A DNA stretch of 64,000 bases, from assembly GCA_030430625.1 (NCBI GenBank), contig JAUIKL010000005.1, positions 7,658-71,657 of the forward strand. Reading direction: 5' to 3'. Position numbers and translations under genes: made by a program. This document shows positions 29,565 to 42,851 of this stretch, piece by piece. The notes under the pieces are model-generated. The model was not told where the DNA came from. It saw only the letters and a list, made by a program, of their open reading frames with translations, and did no database searches. This stretch comes from Gemmatimonadota bacterium. Lineage in GTDB: Bacteria > Gemmatimonadota > Gemmatimonadetes > Longimicrobiales > Gaopeijiaceae. Position 1 is the first letter of the stretch, and each line of letters begins with the position of its first letter.

Positions 29565-30102
29565 GGTGTACTCCCAGTGCCTCCACCGGCACGCCACGTT
29601 CCTCGGCGGCCTGCTCGGCCGTCACCAACTCGTCGAGTCCCTGCATCGTCGCGCGCACGACGTTGATCGGGTTGTTCGTACCGAGGCTCTTGGTGAGCAC
29701 ATCGGTGACACCCGCCGCCTCGAGCACGGCGCGAACCGGGCCACCCGCGATCACACCGGTACCGGGGGCGGCAGGGCGCATCAGCACGCGACCCGCTCCC
29801 CAGATCCCGACGATGTCGTGCGGGATGGTGCCGTTCTCGATCGGGACCTTCACCATGTTGCGGCGAGCCCGTTCGAACGCCTTCCGGATCGCCTCGGCGA
29901 CCTCGTTGGCCTTCGCGATCGAAACGCCCACGTTGCCCTTCTGATCGCCGACAGCGACCAGAGCCGAGAACGAGAAGCGACGTCCGCCCTTCACGACCTT
30001 GGCCACGCGGTTGATGAAGATCACGTTCTCGACGAGATCGTCACGCCCACCACGGCCGCGATCCTCGCGCTTTTTTCCCTTCTTCGGATTCGGCTTGTTC
30101 AT
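29557..30102 (-). CDS. rpsE: 30S ribosomal protein S5
   Basis: [33 protein letters not shown] and [12 protein letters not shown]. Confidence 0.95.
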   Translation of the reverse strand: MNKPNPKKGKKREDRGRGGRDDLVENVIFINRVAKVVKGGRRFSFSALVAVGDQKGNVGVSIAKANEVAEAIRKAFERARRNMVKVPIENGTIPHDIVGIWGAGRVLMRPAAPGTGVIAGGPVRAVLEAAGVTDVLTKSLGTNNPINVVRATMQGLDELVTAEQAAEERGVPVEALGVHRG

Positions 30103-30488
30103 CAGAACTCCAGGCCACCCTCGCGGGCGCCGTCAGCGAAGGCCTTCACTCGACCGTGGTACTTGTAGCCGCCGCGATCGAACACCACGGCCTTGATTCC
30201 TTGACTCTTGGCACGCTCGGCCAGGAGCTTGCCTGCGGCGAAGGCCTGTTCGACCCGCCGGTTCTGCCCCTCGGCCTTGAAGTCGCGCAGACCTTCGGAA
30301 AGCGTGGACAGACCTACGAGCGTAACACCCTGGTCGTCGTCGACGAGCTGGCCCTCGATGTTCTTGAGGGAGCGGTACACGACGAGCCTCGGGCGCTCCG
30401 CCGACCCCTGCACCCGGTTCCGGACGCGGTAGTGGCGGCGCTTGCGCTGCAGGCTCCGATTCTTCTTGAGCTGACTCTGTTTGATCAT
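30102..30488 (-). CDS. rplR: 50S ribosomal protein L18
   Basis: [35 protein letters not shown]...[26 protein letters not shown]. Confidence 0.95.
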   Translation of the reverse strand: MIKQSQLKKNRSLQRKRRHYRVRNRVQGSAERPRLVVYRSLKNIEGQLVDDDQGVTLVGLSTLSEGLRDFKAEGQNRRVEQAFAAGKLLAERAKSQGIKAVVFDRGGYKYHGRVKAFADGAREGGLEF

Positions 30489-30503
30489 GTCGGTTCTCCG
30501 CCC

Positions 30504-31043
30504 CTACGCGCCGGCGGTCTTACCGGCCTTACGCCGGACGTATTCACCCTGGTACCGGATTCCCTTGCCCTTGTAGGGCTCCGGGGGCCGGAAGGCGCGG
30601 ATCTCGGCCGCGGTCTGTCCGACCTTCTGCTTGTCGGCACCCGAGACGACGATCGTCGTCTGGTTGGGGCACTCGAGCTTCACTCCGTCGGTCGGCACGT
30701 ACTCGATGGGGTGGCTGAAGCCGAGGTTCAGGGTCACGCCCTGTCCCTTGGCGTCCGCGCGGTATCCCACGCCGATGATCTCGAGCGTCTTCGAGAACCC
30801 CTCGCTGACCCCGGTCACCATGTTGTTGATGAGCGAGCGCGTCAGGCCGTGGAGTGCACGATGATCCTTGTGATCCGAGGGCCGCTCGACGCGGATCTCG
30901 GCTTCGTCGATCACGACGCTCATGTCCGGGTGCACGGTGAGCGAGAGCTCACCCTTGGGCCCCTTCACGTTGAGCGTGCCTTCTTTCTGCTTGACCTCGA
31001 CGCCTTTGACGATCGAGACCGGCATCCTACCGATTCGAGACAT
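30504..31043 (-). CDS. rplF: 50S ribosomal protein L6
   Basis: [34 protein letters not shown]...[14 protein letters not shown]. Confidence 0.95.
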   Translation of the reverse strand: MSRIGRMPVSIVKGVEVKQKEGTLNVKGPKGELSLTVHPDMSVVIDEAEIRVERPSDHKDHRALHGLTRSLINNMVTGVSEGFSKTLEIIGVGYRADAKGQGVTLNLGFSHPIEYVPTDGVKLECPNQTTIVVSGADKQKVGQTAAEIRAFRPPEPYKGKGIRYQGEYVRRKAGKTAGA

Positions 31044-31052
31044 CGTTCTTTC

Positions 31053-31445
31053 CTACCAGACCAGCGCCAGGACCTCGCCCCCGACACCCTGCGTGCGGGC
31101 GTCGCGGTCCGAGAGCATTCCGGCCGAAGTGGACATGATGGCGACCCCGAGCCCGTTGCGGACGCGCGGAATGGCGTCCTTGCCGACATAGTGCCGGCGC
31201 CCGGGGCGCGAAACCCGCCGGAGGTGCCGGATGACCGGCTTCCCGTCGTGGTACTTGAGGTACACCCGGAGCACGCCGAAGCGGCCGTCCTGGAGCACCT
31301 TGTGTGCGTGCACGAAGTGGCTCTCCTGAAGGAGGCGAGCGACCTCGATCTTCTGTTTCGACACGGGCATGTCCACCCACTTGTGCGACGCCTGGCCGGC
31401 GTTGCGAATGCGGGTCAGCATGTCCGCGATAGGATCGGTCATCAT
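31053..31445 (-). CDS. rpsH: 30S ribosomal protein S8
   Basis: MMTDPIADMLTRIRNAGQASHKWVDMPVSK. Confidence 0.95.
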   Translation of the reverse strand: MMTDPIADMLTRIRNAGQASHKWVDMPVSKQKIEVARLLQESHFVHAHKVLQDGRFGVLRVYLKYHDGKPVIRHLRRVSRPGRRHYVGKDAIPRVRNGLGVAIMSTSAGMLSDRDARTQGVGGEVLALVW

Positions 31446-31457
31446 AGCTAGAGTCCC

Positions 31458-31643
31458 CTACCAGCTCGACTTGCGCACGCCGGGGATCTCCCCGCGCAGT
31501 GACATTTCACGGAAGCAGATGCGGCAGATGCCGAACTTCCGAAGGAACGCGCGGGGACGCCCGCAACGCTGACAACGGTTCCGGTGCCGGACGGCGTACT
31601 TCTGCTTGCCGTTGGCCTTCTCGATCAGTGCCTTTCTTGCCAT
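31458..31643 (-). CDS. rpsN: 30S ribosomal protein S14, short zinc-binding (type Z) form
   Basis: 61 aa. [23 protein letters not shown] (CxxC...CxxC), ends KSSW. Confidence 0.95.
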   Translation of the reverse strand: MARKALIEKANGKQKYAVRHRNRCQRCGRPRAFLRKFGICRICFREMSLRGEIPGVRKSSW

Positions 31644-31657
31644 CGAATTCTACGCTC

Positions 31658-32239
31658 CTACGCCGACGCGCCGATCTGCACCGGCACCTCACCACGGAAT
31701 GGGAAACCGAGCTCGCGCAGGAGCGCGAACGCTTCGTCGTCCTTCTGGGTGGACGTCACGAAGGTCAGATCCATCCCGTGGATCTTCTTCACGTCGTCGA
31801 AGTTGATCTCGGGAAAGATGATCTGCTCACGGATGCCCATCGTGTAGTTGCCACGACCGTCGAACGAACGCGTGCCGAGGCCGCGGAAGTCACGAATTCG
31901 CGGGATGGCCGTGCTGATCAGCCGATCGAGGAAGAACCACATCCTGGCGCGACGAAGAGTCACCGATGCTCCGACCGGCATGCCTTCGCGAAGCTGGAAG
32001 TTCGAGATCGACTTCCGCGCCCGGTTCGTGTTCGCCTTCTGACCGGTGATCAGGCCCAACTCTTCGACGACACTCTCGAGGAGCTTCTGGTCCTTGGCCG
32101 CCTCACCGACGCCGACGTTCAATACGATTTTCTGCAGCTTCGGGATCTGGTGCGGGTTCTGGAACCCGAACTCGGTCTGAAGCTTGGTCCGGACGTACCC
32201 TTCGTAGTGCGTCTGGAGCCGCGGTCGAATCTTGTCCAC
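31658..32239 (-). CDS. rplE: 50S ribosomal protein L5
   Basis: GTG start. PKLQKIVLNVGVGEA, GQKANTNRARKSISNFQLREGMPVG. Confidence 0.93.
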   Translation of the reverse strand: MDKIRPRLQTHYEGYVRTKLQTEFGFQNPHQIPKLQKIVLNVGVGEAAKDQKLLESVVEELGLITGQKANTNRARKSISNFQLREGMPVGASVTLRRARMWFFLDRLISTAIPRIRDFRGLGTRSFDGRGNYTMGIREQIIFPEINFDDVKKIHGMDLTFVTSTQKDDEAFALLRELGFPFRGEVPVQIGASA

Positions 32240-32252
32240 TGTGGCTATTCCT

Positions 32253-32582
32253 CTACTGCGGTCGCGGAATCGGATTCCCGCTCTTCACGGCGATCCGTTC
32301 CTTCGTGCCATCGTCCTCGACACGCATCCGGATCCGGCTGGCGGTATCCGCGGTCGTGTCGACGAGCATGACGTTCGAGATGTGAATCGGAGCCTCGAAG
32401 GAGATGATGCCTCCGTCGGGGTCCGCCTGGCTGGGGCGGGTGTGGCGCTTACGCATGTTCACGCCCTCGACCCGCACGCGGTTCTTCTCGGGGATCACTT
32501 CGAGGACAGAGCCCTCCATGTCGCGGTAGTTCCCGCGAATGACCTTGACCCGATCTCCCTTCATGATTTTCAGCTTCGCCAT
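32253..32582 (-). CDS. rplX: 50S ribosomal protein L24
   Basis: KIMKGDRVKVIRGNYRDMEGSVLEVIPEKNRVRVEGVN (KOW motif). Confidence 0.95.
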   Translation of the reverse strand: MAKLKIMKGDRVKVIRGNYRDMEGSVLEVIPEKNRVRVEGVNMRKRHTRPSQADPDGGIISFEAPIHISNVMLVDTTADTASRIRMRVEDDGTKERIAVKSGNPIPRPQ

Positions 32583-32950
32583 CAGAGCACCTCCGGGGCG
32601 AGCGAGACGATCTTCATGTACTTCTTCTCACGCAGCTCACGGCCGACGGGCCCGAAGATGCGGGTCCCCCTCGGCTCACCGTTGTCGTCGACGATGACGG
32701 CCGCATTGTCATCGAACCGGATATAGGTGCCGTCGCGACGCCGACTCTCCTTGGCCGTGCGGACGATGACCGCCTTCACGACCGTACCCTTCTTGATGCC
32801 GGCATTGGGGATGGCGTCCTTCACCGTCGCGACGATCAGGTCGCCCACGCCCGCGTAGCGGCGACGCGAGCCGCCCAGGACGCGGATACACAGCGCCGCT
32901 TTGGCGCCGGTGTTGTCGGCGATCCGAAGGACCGATTCCTGCTGAATCAT
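32582..32950 (-). CDS. rplN: 50S ribosomal protein L14
   Basis: [37 protein letters not shown]. Confidence 0.95.
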   Translation of the reverse strand: MIQQESVLRIADNTGAKAALCIRVLGGSRRRYAGVGDLIVATVKDAIPNAGIKKGTVVKAVIVRTAKESRRRDGTYIRFDDNAAVIVDDNGEPRGTRIFGPVGRELREKKYMKIVSLAPEVL

Positions 32951-32982
32951 GGTTCTCTCTCTGCTCTAGCCGTCTCGCTCGA

Positions 32983-33267
32983 TCAGACCGGGCGCGACAT
33001 CAGCTCGAGTACACGCCAACGCTTCGTCTTCGAAAGCGGGCGGGTCTCGGTGATGCGCACCGTGTCTCCGACGCGGTACTCGTTGTTCTCGTCATGGGCG
33101 TGGTACCGCTTCGTGCGCTTGACCGCCTTCCCGTAGAGCGGGTGGGGGAAGCGACGCTCGACAGCCACGGTCACCGTCTTGTCCATCGCGTCGCTCGTCA
33201 CGACACCGATCCGGACCTTCCGGCGGTTCCGACCTTCGTCGGCCTGCACGTTCTCGATCTCACTCAT
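32983..33267 (-). CDS. rpsQ: 30S ribosomal protein S17
   Basis: [45 protein letters not shown]. Confidence 0.95.
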   Translation of the reverse strand: MSEIENVQADEGRNRRKVRIGVVTSDAMDKTVTVAVERRFPHPLYGKAVKRTKRYHAHDENNEYRVGDTVRITETRPLSKTKRWRVLELMSRPV

Positions 33268-33470
33268 GCCTGTGCCTCGTTCGCGAGCTCACGCTCACGC
33301 AGAATCGTCTTGAGCCGGGCGATGTCGCGGCGGATCTGGCTCACCACGGCGCTGCTCTCGAGCTCCATCATCGAGCTGGAGAAACGGAGCTTGAACTGCT
33401 CCTCCTTCAGCTCCTTGAGACGCGCCTCGATCTCGACGTCGTCCCACTCGCGGATGTCTTCAGCCTTCAT
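33264..33470 (-). CDS. rpmC: 50S ribosomal protein L29
   Basis: 68 aa. [21 protein letters not shown] overlap with rpsQ. Confidence 0.92.
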   Translation of the reverse strand: MKAEDIREWDDVEIEARLKELKEEQFKLRFSSSMMELESSAVVSQIRRDIARLKTILRERELANEAQA

Positions 33471-33491
33471 CGTTATCTCCTCGCCGGTCGA

Positions 33492-33908
33492 TTAGAGCTG
33501 GCGCTCGCGAACGACGAACTTGCACTTGATGGGGAGCTTGGCCGCGGCCAGCTGCATGGCGCGCGACGCCACGTCCTCCGGCACACCTTCGAGCTCGAAC
33601 ATGATCCGGCCGGGCTTCACCACCGCGACCCAGGACTCCGGGTTTCCCTTACCCTTACCCATCCGCGTCTCCGCGGGCTTCTGGGTGATGGGCTTATCGG
33701 GGAAGATCCGGATCCAGACCTTTCCACCACGCTTGATGTGGCGGGTCATGGCCACACGGGCGGCCTCGATCTGGCGGTTCGTGATCCAGGTCGGCTCGAG
33801 GGCCTGGAGGCCGTACTCACCGAAGGAGACCTTGCTCCCACGGTGCGCCTGCCCCCGCATCCGGCCCTTATGGGTCTTGCGGCGCTTGACTCTTTTCGGC
33901 GCTAGCAT
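33492..33908 (-). CDS. rplP: 50S ribosomal protein L16
   Basis: [36 protein letters not shown]. Confidence 0.95.
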   Translation of the reverse strand: MLAPKRVKRRKTHKGRMRGQAHRGSKVSFGEYGLQALEPTWITNRQIEAARVAMTRHIKRGGKVWIRIFPDKPITQKPAETRMGKGKGNPESWVAVVKPGRIMFELEGVPEDVASRAMQLAAAKLPIKCKFVVRERQL

Positions 33909-33929
33909 CGTTCTTCGTCCTCAGTCCGT

Positions 33930-34589
33930 TCAGGATCCGGTCGAGTAGGTGCGGCCCCGCCGCTCCTCCACGACTTCGCCTTGGAAGATCCAGCACTTCA
34001 CCCCCACGACGCCGTACGTCGTGAAGGCGGGTACCTGCGCGTAGTCGATGTCGGCCCGCAGCGTGTGCAGCGGAACGCGACCTTCGTTGTAGCCTTCGGT
34101 CCGAGCGATCTCGGCGCCGCCGAGGCGACCGGCACACTGGATCTTGATCCCTTCGGCACCGGCGCGAACCGACGACTGGATGGCGCGCTTCATCGCGCGA
34201 CGGAAGGAGATCCGCTGGCGGAGCTGGTGGGCGACGTTCTCGGCCACCAGGTACGCGCTCAGCTCCGGGCGCTTGATCTCCTCGACGTTCACGGAGATCT
34301 CGGAGTTGGTCAGCGTCGCGAGCTCGTCGCGCAGCTTGTCGACCTCGGCACCACGCTTCCCGATGACGACACCGGGTCGGGCGGTATGGAGGGTGACCAC
34401 GACCTTGCTCGGCTTCCGCTCGATCTCGACCATCGCGAGGGCGGCGTGCGAGAGGCGGCGGCGCAGATAGGTCCGGATCGTCTCGTCTTCCTTGAGGAGA
34501 CGCGGGAAGTCGCGCTCGGCGTACCAGCGAGACTTCCAGTCTTTGACGACGCCGAGCCGGAACCCGATCGGATGTGTCTTCTGTCCCAT
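33930..34589 (-). CDS. rpsC: 30S ribosomal protein S3
   Basis: [24 protein letters not shown] plus KH domain [11 protein letters not shown]. Confidence 0.95.
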   Translation of the reverse strand: MGQKTHPIGFRLGVVKDWKSRWYAERDFPRLLKEDETIRTYLRRRLSHAALAMVEIERKPSKVVVTLHTARPGVVIGKRGAEVDKLRDELATLTNSEISVNVEEIKRPELSAYLVAENVAHQLRQRISFRRAMKRAIQSSVRAGAEGIKIQCAGRLGGAEIARTEGYNEGRVPLHTLRADIDYAQVPAFTTYGVVGVKCWIFQGEVVEERRGRTYSTGS

Positions 34590-34594
34590 AGTGC

Positions 34595-34945
34595 TCAGTT
34601 CCTGGTGTCGACGACGACAGTGATGTGGCTCGTCCGCTTCCGAATCGGAGAGGCACGGCCCTGGGCGCGTGCCCTCCAGCGTCGGAGGGTCGGGCCCTCA
34701 TCGACGTACGCCTCTCGGACGAAGAGATCGTCGGCATCCACCATCGACCCCTCGTCCTGCGACTTTACTTGTGCGTTCGCGACCGCGGAGCGGAGTGTCT
34801 TCGAGACCGGCTCGGCCGCGCGCTTCTTCGAGAACTGAAGGAGCGCGTACGCCTCGTTGACGGACATTCCGCGGATCTGGTCCACCACGAGGCGCACCTT
34901 ACGGGCGCTCATGCGGACGTGTCTGGCTTTGGCTCTGGCTTCCAT
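34595..34945 (-). CDS. rplV: 50S ribosomal protein L22
   Basis: [26 protein letters not shown]...[16 protein letters not shown]. Confidence 0.95.
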   Translation of the reverse strand: MEARAKARHVRMSARKVRLVVDQIRGMSVNEAYALLQFSKKRAAEPVSKTLRSAVANAQVKSQDEGSMVDADDLFVREAYVDEGPTLRRWRARAQGRASPIRKRTSHITVVVDTRN

Positions 34946-34947
34946 GA

Positions 34948-35229
34948 CTAGCGGCTTCGCTTGTCGGCGAGCTTCCCACCGTGTCCGCGGAACAACCGCG
35001 TGGGCGAGAACTCACCGAGTTTGTGGCCGACCATGTTCTCCGTGATGTACACGGGAATGAACTTGTTTCCGTTGTGAACGGCGACCGTGTGACCGACGAA
35101 ATCAGGTGAGATGGTGGAGGCACGGGACCAGGTCTTGATGACCTTCTTTTCACCCCGGGCATTCATCCCATCGATCTTGAGAAGAAGCTTCTCGTCGATG
35201 AACGGGCCCTTCTTTACGCTACGCGGCAT
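34948..35229 (-). CDS. rpsS: 30S ribosomal protein S19
   Basis: [16 protein letters not shown]...[27 protein letters not shown]. Confidence 0.95.
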   Translation of the reverse strand: MPRSVKKGPFIDEKLLLKIDGMNARGEKKVIKTWSRASTISPDFVGHTVAVHNGNKFIPVYITENMVGHKLGEFSPTRLFRGHGGKLADKRSR

Positions 35230-35239
35230 CGCTCAGCTC

Positions 35240-36082
35240 CTACGACTTGGTGGCTTTGCCGCGCTTGCGGCCGCGCACGATGTACTTGTTGGTGTCCTTC
35301 TTCTTCTTCCGGGTCTTCTTGCCCTCCGGCTTGCCCCAGGGGCTCACCGGGGGACGTCCACCCGAGGCGCGGCCTTCACCACCGCCGAGCGGGTGATCGA
35401 CCGGGTTCATCGCCACACCGCGGACCTTGGGACGCTTGCCCCGCCAGCGGTTGGCACCGGCCTTACCGACGACCGTCAGCTCGTGATCGGAGTTTCCGAC
35501 CTCACCGATCGTCGCCATGCACTCCTTCCGAACCCGGCGCATCTCCGTCGAGGGCAGGCGCAGGGTGACGAAGTCGCCCTCCTTCGCCATGACCTGGACA
35601 CCCGCTCCGGCCGAGCGCGCCATCTGGGCGCCCTTCTTCGGCTTGAGCTCCACGCAGTGGACGATCGTACCGAGGGGGATCAGCTCGAGCGGCAGTGCGC
35701 TTCCCAGCCGGACGTCGGCGTTCGGGCCGGACGAGATTGAGTCGCCGACCTGCAGCCCCTTCGGGTGGATGATGTAGCGCTTCTCACCGTCCGCGTAGTG
35801 GATCAGGGCGATGTTCGCCGACCGGTTCGGGTCGTACTCGATGTGAGCGACCGTGCCGGGCACGTCGAACTTGTTGCGCTTGAAGTCGATCTTCCGATAG
35901 CGGCGCTTGTGACCACCGCCCCGGCGGCGCGTCGTGATCCGCCCGTGGTGGTTACGACCACCGGAGCTGCTCAGCGACTCCGTCAGCGACTTCTCGGGTC
36001 CCTTCCGCGTGATCACCTCGTTGTCGAGGATCGAACGCGTCCGCTGACCCGGGGTCATCGGCCTGAATTTCTTGATACCCAT
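35240..36082 (-). CDS. rplB: 50S ribosomal protein L2
   Basis: [37 protein letters not shown]. Confidence 0.95.
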   Translation of the reverse strand: MGIKKFRPMTPGQRTRSILDNEVITRKGPEKSLTESLSSSGGRNHHGRITTRRRGGGHKRRYRKIDFKRNKFDVPGTVAHIEYDPNRSANIALIHYADGEKRYIIHPKGLQVGDSISSGPNADVRLGSALPLELIPLGTIVHCVELKPKKGAQMARSAGAGVQVMAKEGDFVTLRLPSTEMRRVRKECMATIGEVGNSDHELTVVGKAGANRWRGKRPKVRGVAMNPVDHPLGGGEGRASGGRPPVSPWGKPEGKKTRKKKKDTNKYIVRGRKRGKATKS

Positions 36083-36390
36083 CAGCCGGCCTCGTAGAGC
36101 TCGATATGTTCGCCTTCGGCGAGCTGGACCACGGCCTTCTTGAAGGCGGGGCGGCGACCCTTCTGATGGTTCCGCGCCATCCGACCCATGAAGGCGCGCT
36201 TGGCCTTACCGGCGTAGCGCATGGTCCTCACGTCGGTCACGGTCACATCCCACAGCTTCTCGACCGCGTGACCGATCTCGATCTTGTTGCAGTTCTCCGC
36301 GACCAGGAAGGTGTACATAGAACCCTCCATCTGCTCGGTCGTCTTCTCCGTGATCACCGGAGTGAGAATCACGTCCCAGGGCTCACGCAT
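36082..36390 (-). CDS. rplW: 50S ribosomal protein L23
   Basis: ATG at 36390 gives [20 protein letters not shown]. The upstream part of the tracked ORF overlaps rplD. Confidence 0.9.
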   Translation of the reverse strand: MREPWDVILTPVITEKTTEQMEGSMYTFLVAENCNKIEIGHAVEKLWDVTVTDVRTMRYAGKAKRAFMGRMARNHQKGRRPAFKKAVVQLAEGEHIELYEAG

Positions 36391-37039
36391 GGTCGGCCTC
36401 CTCGGTCTTGTCGTCGCTCGACGAAGCCTGTGCGTCGAGGGCACCCTTCTCGATCACGACCGTGTGGGCCCACAGCACGTCGTAGACCGACTCGTCCCCG
36501 AACGGCATGACCTGAACCTGCTTCAGGTTCCGAGCCGAGCGATGCAGAGCGCCGTTCAAGCCGTTCGTGAGGATCAGCGTCTTACCCTCCAGCTCGAGCG
36601 CCCCGAGGAAGCCTACGACCTCCTTGGTCTTCGGCGTCTCGAGCACCGGCAGGTCCGCGATCACTACGCGGTCGTGCTCGGCGCGATCGTTCAGCGCGGA
36701 GCGACGAGCGAGCGAGCGGACCTTCTTGGGTACACGCTTCCGCCACGAGTGCGGGATCGGCGGGAAGGCCACACCACCGCCCTCCCACTGCACTGCGCGA
36801 ATCGTGCCCTGACGGGCGCGGCCGGTGCCTTTCTGGCGCCACGGCTTCCGACTTCCGCCCCGAACCTCGGAACGAGTCTTCGCTGCCGCCGTGCCCTGGC
36901 GTTGGTTGGAGAGATACGCCTTCACCACCTGGTGCATGGCGCTCTCGTTCACGACGCCATCGAAGACGGACTCGGGCAACGCCCGGGCCTTCCCCTTCTT
37001 GCCGTCGGCTTTGTAATAGGGTGCCTTGAACATCGTCAC
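36383..37039 (-). CDS. rplD: 50S ribosomal protein L4
   Basis: GGSRKPWRQKGTGRARQGTIRAVQWEGGGVAF. Confidence 0.95.
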   Translation of the reverse strand: MTMFKAPYYKADGKKGKARALPESVFDGVVNESAMHQVVKAYLSNQRQGTAAAKTRSEVRGGSRKPWRQKGTGRARQGTIRAVQWEGGGVAFPPIPHSWRKRVPKKVRSLARRSALNDRAEHDRVVIADLPVLETPKTKEVVGFLGALELEGKTLILTNGLNGALHRSARNLKQVQVMPFGDESVYDVLWAHTVVIEKGALDAQASSSDDKTEEADHA

Positions 37040-37650
37040 TTCGAGATCAGGACGTAACCGTCGCGGGCGCCCGGAACACCGCCCTTCACGAAGAGCAGGT
37101 TGCGCTCACCATCGACGCGCACGACCTGCAAGTTCCGGATGGTCTTGCGATCCCCACCCATACGCCCGGGCAACCGCTTGCCCTTGATGACGCGGGAGGG
37201 GTCCGTACCCGGGCCCAGCGAGCCCGGGTTACGGGACATCGGGTGACCGTGGGTCGAAGGACGTCCGCCGAAGCCGTGACGTTTCACGACTCCCTGGAAG
37301 CCCTTCCCCTTCGAGCGCCCGGTGACCTTGATTCGGTCGCCGGCCTCGAACTGGGCCACGGTCAACTCCTGACCCACTTCGTAATCCTCACCGTTGGTGG
37401 GGAACTCACGAAGCAGGCGCGGCGCGGCCTCGAGGCCCGCCTTCGCGGCGTGCCCGGCCTCTCCGGCCGACGTCCGCTTTGCCTTCTTGGCGCCGTACCC
37501 GAGCTGAACGGCCTGGTAGCCATCCGCATCGGCACTGCGCACGCTCACGACCGGGCACGGACCTGCTTCAATGACGGTCACGGGGACTTGAACCCCTTCC
37601 TCATTGAAGATCCGGGTCATGCCGATCTTCTTTCCGATCAATCCAGCCAT
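37036..37650 (-). CDS. rplC: 50S ribosomal protein L3
   Basis: MAGLIGKKIGMTRIFNEEGVQVPVTVIEAGPC, GKGFQGVVKRHGF. Confidence 0.95.
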   Translation of the reverse strand: MAGLIGKKIGMTRIFNEEGVQVPVTVIEAGPCPVVSVRSADADGYQAVQLGYGAKKAKRTSAGEAGHAAKAGLEAAPRLLREFPTNGEDYEVGQELTVAQFEAGDRIKVTGRSKGKGFQGVVKRHGFGGRPSTHGHPMSRNPGSLGPGTDPSRVIKGKRLPGRMGGDRKTIRNLQVVRVDGERNLLFVKGGVPGARDGYVLISK

Positions 37651-37667
37651 CTTCCGGAAGTCCTCCG

Positions 37668-37976
37668 TCAGTCGACTTTGATCTCGACGTCGACACCAGC
37701 GGGAAGATCCAGCTTGGTCAACGCGTCGATCGTCTGGGGGCGGCTGTCCACGATATCGATGAGCCGTTTGTGAGTTCGCAGCTCGAACTGCTCACGGCTC
37801 TTCTTGTCGATGTGTGGAGAGCGAAGGACCGTCCACCGCTGGCGACGTGTCGGAAGCGGGATCGGTCCACGGACCGACGCACCCGTCTTCTGAGCCGTAC
37901 GCACGATGTCGGCGGCCGTCTGATCGACCACCCAGTGGTCGAACGCCTTGAGTCGAATTCTGATTCTGTCAGACAT
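37668..37976 (-). CDS. rpsJ: 30S ribosomal protein S10
   Basis: [39 protein letters not shown]. Confidence 0.95.
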   Translation of the reverse strand: MSDRIRIRLKAFDHWVVDQTAADIVRTAQKTGASVRGPIPLPTRRQRWTVLRSPHIDKKSREQFELRTHKRLIDIVDSRPQTIDALTKLDLPAGVDVEIKVD

Positions 37977-38347
37977 TGCTTATCCGTTACGGTTCGCGGG
38001 CAGTCGGACCGAGGGTGGCTCGCTCTCGCGAACGCCGCTCGGCGCCGATCACGAGCCTTCCTCTTCCTTCATTCCGCTTCCTCGCTACGGCCGCTACGCG
38101 CGGCCGAGCGTTCCTTCGAGCGAGCCACCCTCGGTCCGAAATCCCGACCGTAGCGGCACGCTTTCCAACTTTTCCTACCAGGTCCTACAACCTCTTCTGT
38201 TTCTGTTGGCCGCGCGAAGCGCCGGCCAGTGCCGGCGATCCACGACCGTGGTGGTGGGGCCCGGTGGCGGGGCCTCTCGAAGCGCGTCTCAGGCCGACTG
38301 CCGTCAACGCGCGGAGAGAGGCCCCGTCATCGGGACCCGCCGGCCTA
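37977..38347 (-). repeat. shared tuf 3' flank / rpsJ leader (copy 1 of the duplicated non-coding segment)
   Basis: The whole tuf-to-rpsJ spacer aligns with 61815..62182 (tuf-to-rpmG spacer). It is near-identical from about 38158 to tuf (single difference at 38186 vs 62021) and diverged but alignable from 37977 to about 38157. Confidence 0.9.
38006..38137 (-). promoter_or_regulatory. long conserved hairpin in the rpsJ leader (candidate structured RNA element), copy 1
   Basis: GGACCGAGGGTGGCTCGCTC (38006-38025) is the perfect reverse complement of GAGCGAGCCACCCTCGGTCC (38118-38137). On the transcribed strand the apical loop reads GAAGCGGAATGAAGGAAGAGGAAGG. Confidence 0.6.
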
Positions 38348-39538
<1,191 letters not shown>

Positions 39539-39575
39539 CGCTCTGGTCCTCTCGTCAGTCGCTGAGGGGTGGGTA

Positions 39576-41675
<2,100 letters not shown>

Positions 41676-41719
41676 CTATCTGGTCTCGTCGGTTCTTCGT
41701 CTGCGGCCCGTAGGCCATG

Positions 41720-41778
41720 AAAAAGGGAGCGTGGTCCTGTTGCGCTGTCGTCCTTCGGACGCAGCTGTCCGCGCTCCC
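41720..41778 (-). terminator. terminator-like hairpin plus T5 tract between rpsG and fusA (candidate attenuator)
   Basis: Minus strand reads GGGAGCG...(inner stem GCTGCGTCC GAA GGACGACAGC)...CGCTCCC followed by TTTTTC, 44 nt upstream of the fusA ATG. Confidence 0.55.
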
Positions 41779-41894
41779 TCGATTCGGAGAGGGCCCGTCG
41801 GCTTATCCGGGGGCCATCGCGTCTCTGTTATCCGCGGCCCCCATGCTTCGGAGGCTTCGGGTCCTTCCAGCGTTCTTTCTCGGCTACCTCGCCG

Positions 41895-42365
41895 TTACCA
41901 GCGGTAGTGGGCGAACGCCTTGTTCGCCTCTGCCATCCGGTGCGTGTCGTCCTTCTTCTTGATCGTGCTGCCCTCACCGCGGCTGGCCGCGAGGAGCTCG
42001 CCGGCCAGGCGCTCGGCCATGCTCTTCTCCGAGCGACCGCGAGCGAAGCTGATCAGCCAGCGCGTCGCGAGCGCCGTGCGGCGGTCGGGGCGCACCTCGA
42101 TCGGAACCTGATACGTGGCACCACCAACGCGACGGCTCTTCACCTCGAGCGCGGGCTTCGCGTTGTTGAGCGCCTGCTCGAAGACCTGCACGCCGGGCTG
42201 ACCGGAGCGCTGCTCCATGATGTCGACGGCGTCGTAGAAGATCTTCTCGGCGATCGACTTCTTCCCGTCCACCATCAGGTTGTTGATGAACTTGGTGACG
42301 GTACGGGATTCGAACTTCGGATCGGGCGGGGTAACCCGCCGCTCTGCGCGACTACGACGACTCAT
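41895..42365 (-). CDS. rpsG: 30S ribosomal protein S7
   Basis: [37 protein letters not shown]...AFAHYRW. Confidence 0.95.
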   Translation of the reverse strand: MSRRSRAERRVTPPDPKFESRTVTKFINNLMVDGKKSIAEKIFYDAVDIMEQRSGQPGVQVFEQALNNAKPALEVKSRRVGGATYQVPIEVRPDRRTALATRWLISFARGRSEKSMAERLAGELLAASRGEGSTIKKKDDTHRMAEANKAFAHYRW

Positions 42366-42373
42366 CTCTTCCC

Positions 42374-42745
42374 CTACTTCGGCCGCTTGGCGCCGTATTT
42401 GGAACGCCCCTGGCGCCGGGCTTCGACGCCGGACGCATCGAGCGTGCCCCGAATGATGTGGTAGCGGACGCCGGGAAGGTCCTTCACACGACCGCCTCGG
42501 ATGAGAACGATCGAGTGCTCCTGCAGGTTGTGACCTTCACCACCGATGTACGCGGTGACCTCGAAGCCATTCGTCAGGCGTACACGGGCGACCTTCCGAA
42601 GGGCCGAGTTCGGCTTCTTCGGCGTCGTCGTGTACACACGCGTGCAAACCCCGCGCTTTTGCGGGTTCCGCTGAAGAGCAGGTGCCTTGTTCTTCTTCAC
42701 CTGCGCCTTGCGGCCCTTCCGGACGAGCTGGCTGATTGTGGGCAT
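42374..42745 (-). CDS. rpsL: 30S ribosomal protein S12
   Basis: [25 protein letters not shown]...[19 protein letters not shown]. Confidence 0.97.
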   Translation of the reverse strand: MPTISQLVRKGRKAQVKKNKAPALQRNPQKRGVCTRVYTTTPKKPNSALRKVARVRLTNGFEVTAYIGGEGHNLQEHSIVLIRGGRVKDLPGVRYHIIRGTLDASGVEARRQGRSKYGAKRPK

Positions 42746-42770
42746 GCGACCTCGGTCGTGCTACTTCTCG

Positions 42771-42799
42771 AAAAGAAAACGCGCCCGAACCGGGGCGCG
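42771..42799 (-). terminator. terminator-like hairpin in the rpsL 5' region
   Basis: Minus strand reads CGCGCCC-CGGTTC-GGGCGCG followed by TTTTCTTTT, ending 25 nt upstream of the rpsL ATG. It is either the udk terminator or a leader attenuator. Confidence 0.55.
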
Positions 42800-42851
42800 C
42801 CGTGTCGACGCCCGCAAGAACTTCGTGAGCGCCTGTCCGACAGAGCACGAA

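Noticed and set aside
38240-38330. Possible tRNA (for example the tRNA-Trp often found between tuf and rpmG/secE) or tRNA-like element in the shared tuf 3' flank, suggested by ...GGGCCCCACCACCA... on the transcribed strand.
   Set aside because: No cloverleaf can be drawn. There is no GTTCGAATC-type T-loop with a complementary 5-bp stem, and no D-arm or acceptor pairing. The CCACCA string appears coincidental.
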